The notes beneath the pieces were generated by a model that searched no databases, had not been told where the DNA came from, and saw nothing but the letters and a program-made list of their open reading frames with translations. This document shows, one piece after another, positions 32,030-43,572 of a DNA stretch of 64,000 bases (position 1 is its first letter; each line of letters starts with the position of its first letter). The DNA lies in the NCBI GenBank assembly GCA_963707985.1, contig CAVPRW010000009.1, positions 1-64,000 of the forward strand, read 5' to 3'. A program made the position numbers and the translations under genes. The DNA is from an uncultured Nitrospinota bacterium. Lineage in GTDB: Bacteria; Tectomicrobia; Entotheonellia; J063; CAVPRW01.

Positions 32030-33154
32030 CTACGCGAACGCCGGGATGACCTCCTTGCCGAAGAGCGTGATGGAGTTCTTGATCAGCTCGGGGGCGAGAT
32101 GGCCAAACCCGTGCTGTGTACAGAGCACGTCATGGCCAATGAGGGCATGCTGCTCCTGGATCTTTCGGATCACCGTATCGGGGCTGCCGACCAGAGCGAG
32201 GCCGTTATCGATCCAGAAATCGTAGGACCTGGACCGCTCCCGGAACACGCGGCGCAGCTCGAGACGCTCTGGGGTTCCCGCTTCCGCGGCAATCCTGCCA
32301 TCCGCCCCATATCCCATGCCGCTCTGCGCCATCAGCTCGCGCCCGGCGCCGCGGAATTCGGGGTCTGCTGCACGGGGGGTGGCGAGATGCGGTGCAGCCT
32401 CTGCCTTGGCCTGTTCGTCCGTTTCCGCTACGTGCACATGGCGCGTCAAAAAAGCCCGCGGCATGGGGCCGGCGTGACCACAGTCCTTCCAGAGCTGGCG
32501 CCAGGTGGCGAATTTCTGGGCGATCACCGGGTCGATATCGATATTCTGCGAGACGTGGAAGTTCTGACGCGCCGCGTATTCGAAGCTGGCGGCGCTGTGC
32601 GCGGCAAACCACACGGGGGGATGAGGTTGTTGGTACGGCTTGGGTGTGGTCAGTACCTCCACGTATTTGAAGAACTCCCCATCATACGTCACACTGTCTT
32701 CGGTCCACGCCTTGACGATGACCTCCAGGGCCTCCTCGCTGATCTCCCGACGCTGCTCGAAGGGCACGTTCCAACGCATGAACTCGTGGGGGGACACGCC
32801 GGTGCCGGCCCCAAACTCCAGCCGACCCCGCGATAGGTGGTCCAACATGGCCGCGTCTTGCGCCAACCGTATGGGGTGATGGAAGGGCAATTGGTAGATC
32901 ATGACGCCGAATCTGATCGCCCTGGTACCACGCGCCAGGGCTGTCAGGTAGACGTTGGGGGCGCTGAGATAGCTGATCGAAGAGGTCTGATGTTCGATGG
33001 AGAAATAATACTTATAACCGAGCTGCTCGGCTTCCTGGGCGGTGCGAATATGCTCATCGTAGACATCCGCTGCCACCGGAGCGGCTGCCATCGCTGCCTG
33101 TGTGAAGACGTCGTAGAGACCAAGTTCGAGCTGCCCCATAAGTTTCCCCTCCAT
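32030..33154 (-). CDS. LLM-class flavin-dependent oxidoreductase
   Basis: EH, HHPIRLA, LDHLSRGRLEFG.G, PKPYQQPHPP. Confidence 0.92.
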   Translation of the reverse strand: MEGKLMGQLELGLYDVFTQAAMAAAPVAADVYDEHIRTAQEAEQLGYKYYFSIEHQTSSISYLSAPNVYLTALARGTRAIRFGVMIYQLPFHHPIRLAQDAAMLDHLSRGRLEFGAGTGVSPHEFMRWNVPFEQRREISEEALEVIVKAWTEDSVTYDGEFFKYVEVLTTPKPYQQPHPPVWFAAHSAASFEYAARQNFHVSQNIDIDPVIAQKFATWRQLWKDCGHAGPMPRAFLTRHVHVAETDEQAKAEAAPHLATPRAADPEFRGAGRELMAQSGMGYGADGRIAAEAGTPERLELRRVFRERSRSYDFWIDNGLALVGSPDTVIRKIQEQHALIGHDVLCTQHGFGHLAPELIKNSITLFGKEVIPAFA

Positions 33155-33245
33155 GCCGTCTCGAAAGATCAGCCACGCGCTAGCGGGCGAGATGTCGTGC
33201 CGGTGCGTTCACCAGTCGACCTTCCCGCCAGCGCGTGCCAGGCGA

Positions 33246-34121
33246 TTACGCCGCTCGCACGTACTTGTCCACGCTGTGGCTTGTGGTCAACCCCAAGTAG
33301 ATGTCGCCTCGGGAGTCCACCCACAACCCATGGGTGTGGCGGATCGGCCATTGGGCCATGATCTTGCCGTCGGCATCCCGAATGCTGAGACGCGGCGGCT
33401 GGCCGTCTGCCGCCTGTTCGCAGATGTAAAACGCACCATCCTTGTCCAGGACGATGTCGTTCGGTCCACCCATGCCGGTCCACATGGTCAGAAATTCCCC
33501 GTCAGCCGAGAAAATCTGTATGCGCCGATTGCTGCGGTCACAGACGTAGACCTTACCGTCCGGTGCGGCCATGACGCTGTGTGGCAGGTGGAACTGACCG
33601 GGTGCCGTCCCCGGCTCGCCCCAAGAGTTGATGAGCTGGCCGTCGCCCGTAAACCGATGCACGCGCGCGTTCTGATAGCCGTCGGAAACGTAAATGTTCC
33701 CGGAAGGGCTAGACACCATCTCGGTGGGATAGTTAAATGGGCCCGCCGCATGAGGGACCACGCCGCCGGGCTTCTCGCACCCGGTCTCAGAAGGGACGCC
33801 ACGCTTGCCGATCACCTGCAAGGGCTTACCCTCCAGGGTGAAGGTCATGGCGATACAATCCGACCGATCCGTGAGATAGACAATATCGTTGGCGATGCTC
33901 AGGCCGTGCGGGTCCGTGATGGCGCCAATCCCCCAGGCCTTGAGGTAGTTGCCGTCGCGGTCGAAGACCACGACGGGATGGTCCGTGCGTTGGAAGACGT
34001 AGACCCGGTCCTGGGAATCGGTCGCCACCGTGCTGACTATCCCGAACGACTGCCCAGCAGGGAGCTTAGGAAAGTCCTGAATAAACTCGTAGCGGTATTT
34101 ACCTGTGCCAACTGTCGTCAT
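33246..34121 (-). CDS. NHL-repeat (PAL-like) protein
   Basis: PHG, FNYPT, VSDGYQNARV, GQFHLPH repeats. Confidence 0.9.
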   Translation of the reverse strand: MTTVGTGKYRYEFIQDFPKLPAGQSFGIVSTVATDSQDRVYVFQRTDHPVVVFDRDGNYLKAWGIGAITDPHGLSIANDIVYLTDRSDCIAMTFTLEGKPLQVIGKRGVPSETGCEKPGGVVPHAAGPFNYPTEMVSSPSGNIYVSDGYQNARVHRFTGDGQLINSWGEPGTAPGQFHLPHSVMAAPDGKVYVCDRSNRRIQIFSADGEFLTMWTGMGGPNDIVLDKDGAFYICEQAADGQPPRLSIRDADGKIMAQWPIRHTHGLWVDSRGDIYLGLTTSHSVDKYVRAA

Positions 34122-34505
34122 GTCGATTCCCCTCTGATGCCCCTCTAGAATCATGCAGTTGTCAGCGAAGTAGATGGCGGAAACGTCGGTCGCATGCTCA
34201 AGCATGTTGACCCGCAGCAGGGAGGAGGGGCAAGGACTCCTCTCCACGAGTCCGAACGCTTCTTGTAGACTCGGGGCTATGGTATCACGTCTGCGTTCTT
34301 GGATCGAGATCGTTGCAGAAAGGGCCGCCTGTCGCACGGATAGAGGGAAGTGTTAGCCGTTCTGCAACAAAAATTGTCGACACTCTTGACACCTTTGCAT
34401 ACTTAGCAGAATATCGCTGGCAACTAGCGCACTGATACGGCATGTTGTAACGCCGGGTGGAGGGCTCCTGGCAGCGGTGCAACCCTGGAGTAGAGGAGAA
34501 GACCT

Positions 34506-35666
34506 ATGGCCACCAAACAACTCTGCATCTCAGCGGACTCCCATGTCGTAGAGTCGGCTGACTTCTTCAAGCCCCTGGTAAAACGCTTTGGGGATCAGGC
34601 ACCGCGGGTCGTCATCGCCGATCCGGACCGCGGCCCCCAGCTCGCCCTCGGCAACGGCCAACTCGGCCTGGGGATCTCGGGCTTCTTCATGGCCAACGTC
34701 GACTTCACCACCCCGGAAGCTCTCGAGTTGCGTAAGAAGGGTTATGACCTGGCACGTCCGGGGGTGTATGACGTCAACGAGCGCCTGAAGGACCAGGACC
34801 TTGACGGCATCGACGCCGAGGTGTTGTATCCCAGCGTGCTGTTCAACGTCTATCAGATCAAGAACCTGGAAATCATCAAGGCGGCCTTCGCGGCCTATAA
34901 TGACTGGACTGCGGATTACTGCCAGGAGGCGCCTGATCGGCTCTTCCCATTGGCCTGCCTGCAGCTCTATGATCTGGACGACGCTATCGCCGAGATGGAG
35001 CGCGCCAAGAAGTTGGGCCACGTGGGGGTGTGTATCCCGGCGACGGCACCGGCCGACCGCCTGTACTCCGACCGCTGGTACGACAAATTCTGGGACGCCG
35101 CACAGACGATGCAAATGCCGCTGACCATGCACATCTTCACCGGCGCCACCCCCAATCATGGTCTGCCCTTCAGCCAGGCCGGGAGCCCGCTGGCATTCGC
35201 CGGTGTCATGTTCACCATCGCCGACCTCATTCAGTCGGGTGTGTGCGAGCGCCACCCTGGACTCAAGTTCGTCATCACCGAGTTCGAGACCGGCTGGACG
35301 GCCATCATGCTGAAGCGGCTCGATTGGAACTACATTCGCGGCGGGGGCGCCAAGACTTTTGGTAACCCAATGAAGCCAAGCGCATACTGGAAGCGGAACT
35401 TCTACGTCACGTTCGAGGACGATCCGATCGGCATCCGGACACGCGACTTCATCGGCACGAATACCCTCCTCTGGGGCAGCGATTATCCACACGGAGACTC
35501 GATTTTCCCGCATTCCCAGCAGGTCCTGAACCAAGTGTTGCAAGACTGTACACCCGAAGAGCGCTACGAGATGACGGTGAAGAACGTGGTGGAGCTCTAT
35601 AAGCTGCCGTTTACGCTTGAGGGGCCATCGCAAGCCAAGGTGGGCGCCAGCGTCGGCCACAGCTAA
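34506..35666 (+). CDS. Amidohydrolase_2 family protein
   Basis: ISADSHV, WGSDYPH. Confidence 0.92.
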   Translation: MATKQLCISADSHVVESADFFKPLVKRFGDQAPRVVIADPDRGPQLALGNGQLGLGISGFFMANVDFTTPEALELRKKGYDLARPGVYDVNERLKDQDLDGIDAEVLYPSVLFNVYQIKNLEIIKAAFAAYNDWTADYCQEAPDRLFPLACLQLYDLDDAIAEMERAKKLGHVGVCIPATAPADRLYSDRWYDKFWDAAQTMQMPLTMHIFTGATPNHGLPFSQAGSPLAFAGVMFTIADLIQSGVCERHPGLKFVITEFETGWTAIMLKRLDWNYIRGGGAKTFGNPMKPSAYWKRNFYVTFEDDPIGIRTRDFIGTNTLLWGSDYPHGDSIFPHSQQVLNQVLQDCTPEERYEMTVKNVVELYKLPFTLEGPSQAKVGASVGHS

Positions 35667-35730
35667 GGCTGGGTGTCCGCCCCTGACAGTGATTGTCTAG
35701 GCTGCGCACCATCAGGAATGCCTTTATTTT

Positions 35731-35762
35731 CCCTCTCCCTCCGGGAGAGCGCAGGGTGAGGG
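35731..35762. repeat. CCCTCTCCC..GGGAGAG..GGGTGAGGG intergenic palindromic repeat
   Basis: Matches a widespread REP-like motif. Confidence 0.55.
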
Positions 35763-35841
35763 CCAAACAGATCTAGGGAGCGCGCTGGCGGTTCCCAGAC
35801 CGCCATACACTGATCTGCAATCCACTATAGGAGCATTTGCA

Positions 35842-36795
35842 ATGGCTACTGCGACCAGCACGACCGTCCTCAACACCGCCATCGCCACGTACCCACACAC
35901 CAAAGGCCTGAAAGACGGCAGCGTCACCGCACCTGGCTTGCAGTTCGAGCACCTCGACATCAGCCCCATCATCGTGGCCTTCCGCCGCATGTGCCGTGGC
36001 CTCGAATTCGACGTCTGCGAGATGGCGATCACCACCTACCTGACGGCCAGGGCTTACCACAAGCCCTTCACGGCCCTCCCGGTTTTTGTCTTGCGCCAGT
36101 TCCAGCATGCCCCCATCGTCTACAACGTCAAGTCGGGGGTGAGGTCGCCCAAGGACTTGGAGGGCAAGAAGGTCGGCGTGCGGGCCTACACTGTCACCAC
36201 CGGCGTCTGGGCTCGGGGCATCCTAGCGACGGAGTATGGCGTGGACCTGAGCAAGGTTACCTGGGTGCTGAACGACGAGGAGCATGTCGAGGAATACCAC
36301 CAGAAGTATCCGGCCAACGTCATCTATCAGGCGGGGGCAAATCTCGGGACGATGGTGGCCAACGGCGAGCTGGCAGCGGCCATCGGCGTGGGCCGCGTGG
36401 ACTCTCCGGATGTGAAGCCTCTGATCCCCAACGCCCGCGAGGCGGAGACGGCCTGGTATCGCAAAACGGGGATCTATCCCATCAATCATACCGTGGTGGT
36501 GAAGGACGCCTTGTTACAGACAGACCCGACGTTGGCACCGCGATTGTTCAACGCCTTCAAGGAAGCGAAGGCGGCGTTCCTGCAGCGGCTAAACTCCGGG
36601 GCTGAGCTCTCCGCTGAGGAGCAAACCCTGGCCCAGCGCCGCAGCTTGGTGGGGGATGACCCGTTGCCCTACGGCCTGGCACGCAACCGCCCAGCGCTGG
36701 AGGCAGTGATCCGGTTCGCCCACGACCAGCAGATCCTGCCGCGCCGGGTGAGCCCCGAGGAGATATTCCCCAGTACCACGCTGGATTTGGAGTAG
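35842..36795 (+). CDS. 4,5-dihydroxyphthalate decarboxylase-like / SBP-fold protein
   Basis: FRRM...EFDVCEM, GVRAY.VT.GVW.RG, GIYPINH. Confidence 0.85.
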   Translation: MATATSTTVLNTAIATYPHTKGLKDGSVTAPGLQFEHLDISPIIVAFRRMCRGLEFDVCEMAITTYLTARAYHKPFTALPVFVLRQFQHAPIVYNVKSGVRSPKDLEGKKVGVRAYTVTTGVWARGILATEYGVDLSKVTWVLNDEEHVEEYHQKYPANVIYQAGANLGTMVANGELAAAIGVGRVDSPDVKPLIPNAREAETAWYRKTGIYPINHTVVVKDALLQTDPTLAPRLFNAFKEAKAAFLQRLNSGAELSAEEQTLAQRRSLVGDDPLPYGLARNRPALEAVIRFAHDQQILPRRVSPEEIFPSTTLDLE

Positions 36796-37011
36796 GGCGA
36801 GCGCTCCACCCTGCAGCTCCCGAGTCAGCCCGCCCATGTCACGCCCCGCATCACACCATTTCAGATGCGGGGCTGCTCGGTGGCGGGCACCTCTCCATGC
36901 GGGCGAGATATCGTTGGCCCGTCATGGCGTGCGCTTCGTGGATGAATGGCGCGAGTGCCGGCGCCATGTCCTTGAGGTCTACGGTGCGGTAATCGCCTGG
37001 AGTCAAGGGTT

Positions 37012-37425
37012 TTACCCGCTGAATGCATCACACGACACGTTGGTGTGCCAGTTCACGAACGTCCCGGTGGGGCTGTGCTTCCACGCCCACACGTGCAGCG
37101 TGTAGAACGCCGGCAACCCGAAGCGATTGGGGGCCTCGAACAGATGCAACAGCTGCCCCATCAGCTCCGGAGGACTGTCGTGCTTGTCGTCCCGCGCCTT
37201 CGCGAGCACGAGGTAGTCCGCCTCCGCGACGGCCACGTCCTGGAAGCGCGCGGTCGCCTCGCGGACCACTTTGACGAGCGCGCTCGCCTTCGCCTTCTGG
37301 TCAGCACTGGCTGGCGCGGCCGCGGCGTGCGAGCGATCGCGTTGCGCCATCACGGGTGACGACCAAAAACTCATGAGCACGAGAACACCGGCAACGGCAT
37401 GTTTCGCGAATCGTCGGATCTTCAT
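37012..37425 (-). pseudogene. Secreted hypothetical protein, probably internally deleted
   Basis: Signal peptide, ATARFQDV joined directly to the YTLHVWAWK..P.G.F C-terminus. Confidence 0.55.
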
Positions 37426-37514
37426 CGTAGAACCCTCCTGAGTGCGGGACCCGGCGAGTGTTCCGGTGCCGCCAAGGAGTCCGAACCCCTGACTGGAGAT
37501 ATCGAAAACGGTCA

Positions 37515-37884
37515 GTGAAAGACGACATGGGGTTGGCCAAGCGGGAGATGCCGCCCGGTGTCGAGCACCGGCAACACTCCTATCTCAACAACCGCGCCGA
37601 GAATTCCCACCAACCGACCCGCCAGCGAGAGCGGCGCATGGGACGATTCAAGTCCCCCGGCCACGCGCAACGCTTGCTCTCGGCGTATGGCCCCATTGCG
37701 TCACACTTTCGCCCGCGACGCCACCGGCTCCCCGCCCCTGAGTATCGCCAGCAGATGGCGCAACCATTCCAAACGTCGTGGGAGATCACGGGTACGGCCC
37801 TCGCTGCGTAAGCGAGGAGTGGAGTGTCATCCTCTTGCTTCTGGACCGGGTGATCGCTTCAAGACGTGTTAATTTGACAATGCC
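37515..37884 (+). mobile_element. IS6-family transposase 3' fragment with right IR
   Basis: LNNRAENSHQPTRQRERRM..FKS; TTTGACAATGCC end. Confidence 0.85.
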
Positions 37885-38379
37885 GTCACGAGCCTGACGT
37901 CAACGAGATCGTCAAACCACGAACATCACCTCCTTTCTCGCCGCTCGTTGAGCGCCTCTTGCATCGTCCCTCGTGAGGTCTCATCAGCGAGGCCCCAGCC
38001 CGCCAGCGTTCCCTGAGCCGTGCCGCCTGCGTCACCCCTGGTGGTCGTCCCATCTGAGCGGTCTGTACTCCATAAGAGGGCCAAACCGGTGCCAGCCGGC
38101 TGGGCTGGCACTGAGGGCTGTGTTGACAAGTAGTTGCAGCGTACCAGCGGCTCGGCATGGGCCTGCCCCCCCTGCGACGGAAGATGACAGGCAACACGCC
38201 GCCATGGAGGGCAGGGCACGGCCGACTAGGCCCGTCGAGGGTTCCACTCCGGTTGCAGGTGCCACCGACGTCGCACCCTCCACGCCCTGAGGCGAGGAGA
38301 TGGCGCGTTTGGGCCCGATCGCGCCCGCGCGCGAGGGAGCCCCCGCATCCAGGCGATGGCTCACCTATGTGGTGCCCCA

Positions 38380-38760
38380 GCCGCGGTGGGCGCCGCCACA
38401 GACGTTCATTCAACACCAGGCGCGACGATCCCAACAGGGGGCAAGAAAAGGCTAGCTGGGTTTGAGCAGGCCCGTCATGGGCCAGCGCCACAGGATTTCC
38501 GCCTTGATGTGCCCCAGGTGTGCGGGGGCTAGCTCCGCGTCAAGCGGGATGAGCACAATCCGATGATCGCCGTAGGCACGCAGCTGAATCTTCGGGTTCC
38601 GTGTCAAGCCCCGGTCGAACTGGGCCAGGGCCTCCTGCATCTCATGCTGCACCTTCGCGCGAAAGGTGTCGGCGTCCACCGGGAGCACCAGGGCGTCAAT
38701 CACGGGCCGGTGTGCGGCCATCCCCAAGGGCTGGAGCAACGCGTCCAGTCGCAGCGGGTA
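38380..38760 (-). pseudogene. Tn3-family transposase fragment
   Basis: EALAQFDRGL..NP, IKAEI..RWPMT.LL similarity recalled from memory. Confidence 0.5.
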
Positions 38761-38808
38761 TGTCTCTTCCCCATCACTGATAGTCCCCGGTAAGCCTTTG
38801 GCCGTCTG

Positions 38809-39030
38809 CTACAATCCGGTCAACCGCATCGCGAGATGGAACCAATCGAGCCGGTGCTCGGCCTCCGGGCTCAGATAGGACTGCAGGTCCCGCACCGTAT
38901 TGCCCCCATCTGAGAGAAACGTGCTCCGCTGCTTCATCTTGAAGCGTTGAGACGTGAGGACCTCAAAGAGCCGCCGCTTGGGCTTCGTGTCGAAGGTTTG
39001 CACAAATCCAAAGCACTTGCCAGACGAGAT
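38809..39030 (-). pseudogene. ISKra4-family transposase fragment
   Basis: FGFVQTFDTKPKRRL, FLSDGG.TVRDL, LDWFH. Confidence 0.75.
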
Positions 39031-39382
39031 ATCCTCCGTGTGGTCTCGTTGAATTGGACTGCGAGCTTCATGGGAGCCATCTTCCAGTCTGGGTGACACT
39101 GCTTAGGTAGTTCATTCCACTCTAGACTAATGGATTACCCAAGGGTTTTGATGCTCTCTTGTTGAAGTGTGGTCGTCATCTGCCGATCTCTTGCTAGCGA
39201 TGACTCCACTCGTGACTCCGTCCCTCGTTTCTGCTGATTCGACGCGCCTCGAACACCTCCGGGGTTTACCTAGCACTTCGATGCGGTTGAAGTGAGTTGA
39301 CATTTGTCGTAATTTTTCATGTTTTGTCGGTTGACAGCAGCGCACATAGTTTCTATGCTCGTTGCTATCATGGAAACGTTCA

Positions 39383-39679
39383 ATGGCAGCAGACATTCGC
39401 GTTACCTATCACATCCGCCGGTGGCGGTTGCGCCGGCATCTGAGGCAAGCCACCCTGGGTGCGCAAGTGGGACTCGGCGCCTCGACGATCTCCGCCTACG
39501 AACACGGCGACGTCGACATTCCCACCTACCGACTTTGTCGCCTCGCACAGGCCTTGCAGGTCACGTTGAACGATCTCGTCACGTGGACCGATGCCCCCGC
39601 GCCACCCAGAGACAAGCCGCCCGCCTCAACCGATGGCCTCCTAGACCCCAGCAGTCCTGGCCCACGATCCCTCTCATGA
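39383..39679 (+). CDS. XRE-family HTH regulator
   Basis: Q..LG..VG....TISAYE.G...I...RL..LA.AL. Confidence 0.8.
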   Translation: MAADIRVTYHIRRWRLRRHLRQATLGAQVGLGASTISAYEHGDVDIPTYRLCRLAQALQVTLNDLVTWTDAPAPPRDKPPASTDGLLDPSSPGPRSLS

Positions 39680-39924
39680 GCCCTCTTTGGCCAGGTCTCG
39701 TCTGGGTATGGCGAGGACTCCTGGTCGGTACGCTGGTGCTCGTCTGGCCGGGAGTCTCAGCGGCGTGGCCTGCTGGCGATCGGCCGCGCACAAGCATGCC
39801 CGAGGACGTGAGCCCACTGCTGGATGACCGAGACTTGGAGGGTGGCCGTCCATCAGCGCCCACGAGGCGGACGATGGCGCTTGGCCTGGCACCTCTGACC
39901 ATTGGGCCGCGCGGCGATCACGCC

Positions 39925-40150
39925 CACTCACTGTATTCGCATGTATGGGCAATGTAAAAGCACGCTCAACGGTCCACCGTTTCAGGCGATCAGCCAACGT
40001 AAAGTATGAGATGCCAAGAATGGTTGCCCAGTCTCTCATGCATCGTGTTTCACCGTGATAGGTCATCCAATGCGTCATACGGGTATTTCGCATTTGTATA
40101 TCTTTCGTTGCCCAATAGTCATTCTCCGGGCTATACGGATAGAAACTCAA
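39925..40150 (-). pseudogene. Phage HNH-type endonuclease C-terminal remnant
   Basis: YSPEN..WAT...Q.RN, TYHGET....W...LGI. Confidence 0.6.
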
Positions 40151-40199
40151 TTTGAAAATGCGCTTTGTAATAGCGGTAGATGGTCAGGGCGTTCAAATC

Positions 40200-40487
40200 C
40201 ACATCAGTGCTTAAGAGCACAGCACTGCGCTTGTGCTTGGTATCGACCACGAGCATCACGCGCAGGTTACACTGAAACTGGATATGGTTGACAGCCTGGT
40301 GATAGAGCACAATGGGATCACCTTCGGTCTCAAGAGGTGCAAAGCGTGTGAGGTCCCCAGTTCACCTTGCCGCCGTACGTCTTGGGGCGCCCTGGTCCAG
40401 GGCGTTCTGGTCCGTGGTGGAGATAGCGTAGCTGGGCATCGATTCGTAGTTTGCCCATCTGGTGTCGTCCTAACGCTTGGACACCGT
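40200..40487 (-). pseudogene. Transposase fragment (IS701-like)
   Basis: GKLRIDA.LRY...GPGRPKTY.GKV. Confidence 0.6.
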
Positions 40488-40606
40488 TAAGGTAAGTGAG
40501 GAAATAACCGCCATTGCGTATAGGAAGAGCAACGGCCCATAAGGCGTTGCCACAACCGTAGACCCCCGCTCGCTTGGCCGGTGAGCGGTGTAGCACCCCG
40601 AAAGAG

Positions 40607-40648
40607 GCGCCGATCCGAGCTCGGTAAACGGATCGGCGCTTTTCTTTT
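40607..40648 (+). terminator. Intrinsic terminator-like hairpin
   Basis: GCGCCGATCCG-loop-CGGATCGGCGC followed by TTTTCTTTT. Confidence 0.6.
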
Positions 40649-40654
40649 GGGGGG

Positions 40655-41227
40655 ATGGTGCCAGGTTTCTGGGAGGATCTCGCGATGTGGACCCCTGAGG
40701 CCATCGCAGCCAAGCGAGGGCTCATCCAGGCGTGTGCCTACAAACACTGGGCGAAGTGGCGCGGTACTCTGGATCGCAGCTTTCTGGAGGATCTGGAGCA
40801 AGAGGCCTGGGTGGCCGCGTTGGCGGTCGACCCCGAGCATCCGTACCTCGCCCAGAAGCTTGATGACGCGCTGCGGACCGCCATTCGCTACTGGCGACTG
40901 GGCTATCGGGCCAAAAGCTCCACGACGGCCCCGCGCCAGATCTGGCAGCCGGTGCCGCTGGAGCGCCTCGCGACCCAGCAGGTCTTGCAGGGGCGGGCGC
41001 CGATGGGACCGGAGACCAGCACTATGTTGCGCCAACAGCTTCGGCGCATCTGGCGGCGAGCGACCTGTCGCATGCGGCACGTCTGGTGGGGGCAATTGTT
41101 GGAGAATAGTCTGTATCTCAAGGGCGTCGAGGCGCGGCGGTTGGGCCTGAGCACACACCAACTCAGCCGCGCCCGCCGACAACTGCAGCGGCTAGCCACT
41201 GCCGTGATCACAGGAGCCACGCGATGA
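40655..41227 (+). CDS. Hypothetical protein, divergent sigma-factor-like
   Basis: EDLEQEAWVA region-2-like motif and C-terminal HTH-like A.RLGLS. Confidence 0.5.
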   Translation: MVPGFWEDLAMWTPEAIAAKRGLIQACAYKHWAKWRGTLDRSFLEDLEQEAWVAALAVDPEHPYLAQKLDDALRTAIRYWRLGYRAKSSTTAPRQIWQPVPLERLATQQVLQGRAPMGPETSTMLRQQLRRIWRRATCRMRHVWWGQLLENSLYLKGVEARRLGLSTHQLSRARRQLQRLATAVITGATR

Positions 41228-41492
41228 CCTGTCTCGTCGTCCTGATACTCGTAGAGGTCTTGGGCATGTTTGTCCATAGCAAGTAGCATATGGTGGCGGG
41301 GCGTTAAGGCTGTGGTGGCGCGGTCAGTAAGATGCAACTACGAGAGCATGGTGTCAAGAGGCCGCCTACGGGGGTAACGGAAGGGACGGTGCGATGGGGC
41401 GCAATGAAGATTGCAACCTAACTCCATCCCTGACCTGCGCATCCACAGGTTAACCTGATCCACGGATCGGGGGTCGAAGAGGAGGACCTGTA

Positions 41493-41984
41493 GTGCCATT
41501 CGCGCACTATCCCAACGTACCTCGGCCGGTCGATGCCCATGAGGTCGCCCCGCGAGGGGGCCGGGGTGCGGTTCCCTGCACGCCTGGACGCGAGCGCCTC
41601 GAAGCGGCGGTCTGCGAGGCCGCCTTTCGCTACCAGCTGCAGCAGCCGCTGGTGGATCAGACCTGGATCCCGCGCTATTATCTCGCGCTCCAGGGGCATG
41701 ATCCGGACGAGGCGCTCCTCCGCCGCCTCCGCGAGCTGACGCCCTGGGTCCAGCCGCTGTCGCAGTGCCTGGTGACGGCCCGGAACGGCGTGCTAGACCG
41801 CACCACCGGCGCTGGCGGGGTGATTGTACAGGTGGTGCGCCTGACCTGGGTTCATGGGGCGGCCGCGGACGTGGTCGGGGGCTACTACATCACCCACCGC
41901 CACGCCGCTGGCCTCCGCTACCGCGTCGAGCAGCATGGACATGACTGGGCCGTGACGACCGTCGACCTCCTGTGGCGGGCGTGA
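41493..41984 (+). CDS. Hypothetical protein
   Basis: GGAGG RBS, coding-like codon usage. Confidence 0.6.
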   Translation: MPFAHYPNVPRPVDAHEVAPRGGRGAVPCTPGRERLEAAVCEAAFRYQLQQPLVDQTWIPRYYLALQGHDPDEALLRRLRELTPWVQPLSQCLVTARNGVLDRTTGAGGVIVQVVRLTWVHGAAADVVGGYYITHRHAAGLRYRVEQHGHDWAVTTVDLLWRA

Positions 41985-42509
41985 CGCATGATCGTCTCAC
42001 GCCCCCGAATCGCACCTTTCAATACCAAATAGGATCTTTGGGAGTCTTTATTTTTGGCATACTTCGGTCGGAAGCAACAGAGGTACGCAAAGTTGCATAG
42101 CTTTTTGGAGGATGCTGTCATCTCAACAGGTGACCAAATTCTTGGGTCTGCAGCATTTGTTGCGATTTACCCATTTTCCGGCAAATCGTTGCCCTACCTC
42201 ACGGCATTGGGCACCTCTAGTGAGATGAAAGCGCCGTCAGCATATTGATCCCGCAAGCCAGTGTAGCGCTGGCGTCGGGTACATCGAACAGGGTGAAAGT
42301 ATACAAGGCGACGTGGGCCGCAGCAAGCGCACTAAGCAGGACGCTCATCAACAGCAGAGCTGACAGCGGAGCGCGGGGGATGGTGGACTTCTCTCTGTAC
42401 ATCGGGGTCGGGTCAGAACACACAGGAGACATGGAGCAAACCTATCCGATCGGAAGGTATCCCACGAGAGGACAGACTTCCTCTCCATTCTATCATAGGA
42501 GAGCATTTC

Positions 42510-42761
42510 ATGGCACAAGCACTAGACCAGATTGATACCTTGCTCGAGGAGCTCCGCCAAGATCTTGGCAACACCCTCACCCTGCTCAATATTGTGGTCG
42601 AACTCAGGAGAAACCAACCCCAATTATTGCAGCTCTTGCGCGACATGCTGGGCGAGCTGCGTCAACATATCGAGGCGTCCTTGCCAGCGATCCCCGAGGA
42701 GGACGACGCAGCCCGATCCATTACGCACTTGGACAATCGACGCAGGCGTTGGTCAACATAG
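42510..42761 (+). CDS. Small helical hypothetical protein
   Basis: AGGAGA RBS, amphipathic helices. Confidence 0.6.
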   Translation: MAQALDQIDTLLEELRQDLGNTLTLLNIVVELRRNQPQLLQLLRDMLGELRQHIEASLPAIPEEDDAARSITHLDNRRRRWST

Positions 42762-43572
42762 CCGCGCCCCTCTGCACAGCCCTCGCATGGTGTGGCATAC
42801 TTGCTCTATGAAAGCAGCTCCTCAACTGAGGAGTACGCGCTTCTCATCCAACGGCATCAGCATATGGAGCTGCCATGCCCCCCTTCGCATCGACCAACTC
42901 ATACAAGCATCATTGGTTTCCAGCCGAAATCACCAGCCATGGCGTTTGGCTGTACTTTCGCTTCTGCCTTAACTACGCCTGATATCCAAGAACTCCTGTT
43001 CGCCCGCGGGCGAATAGGAGTTCTTCCACGTCACGGTAGCTGAGACAAAAGCGGCAATAGAGCCAGACGCCGAGGAAACGGCCGGAGCCTTCTAGGCGGT
43101 GCCGCACGAGTTGCCGACGGCGAGGCCAACCACCTGACCCGGCGGGCCCCGTTCATCCGCACCGACCTAGACACGTGAACCTGGGGTTAGTTGCCCAACG
43201 CCCCAAAAGGGTACATTTCACGGGATGCATGGTCTTTAACCATTTGAGAGATATATACTTAAGAGAATATACGACGCGACATCCTGAATGCCCATGTGGT
43301 CAAAATCTCCGAAGGCGTTGTGCTCTGGACAGTTACCAACCTCATTAGGGCAAGTACAACCGTCCGGTCCCGGGATAACTGCCAATGTCAAACAAAAACT
43401 CAAGCAACCGGTCGTCGACTGCTTCGGCATACAGCTGATCTCGGAGATTACGCTGCTCATTGGCCAGTGTGAAGATGGGGAGACTTGCAGACCTGTGGTG
43501 TTACGCTTGTTGACAATCATGGGTCTTGCCTTGTTGGGACGACGCTTCATGCGGCCTCCTGGGAGTAATATT

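Noticed and set aside
28847..35660. Long antisense ORFs (e.g. 28847..29866, 30875..31867, 33153..34148, 34530..35660; also 14098..15270)
   Set aside because: They are shadow frames of real genes in high-GC DNA with no recognisable motifs.
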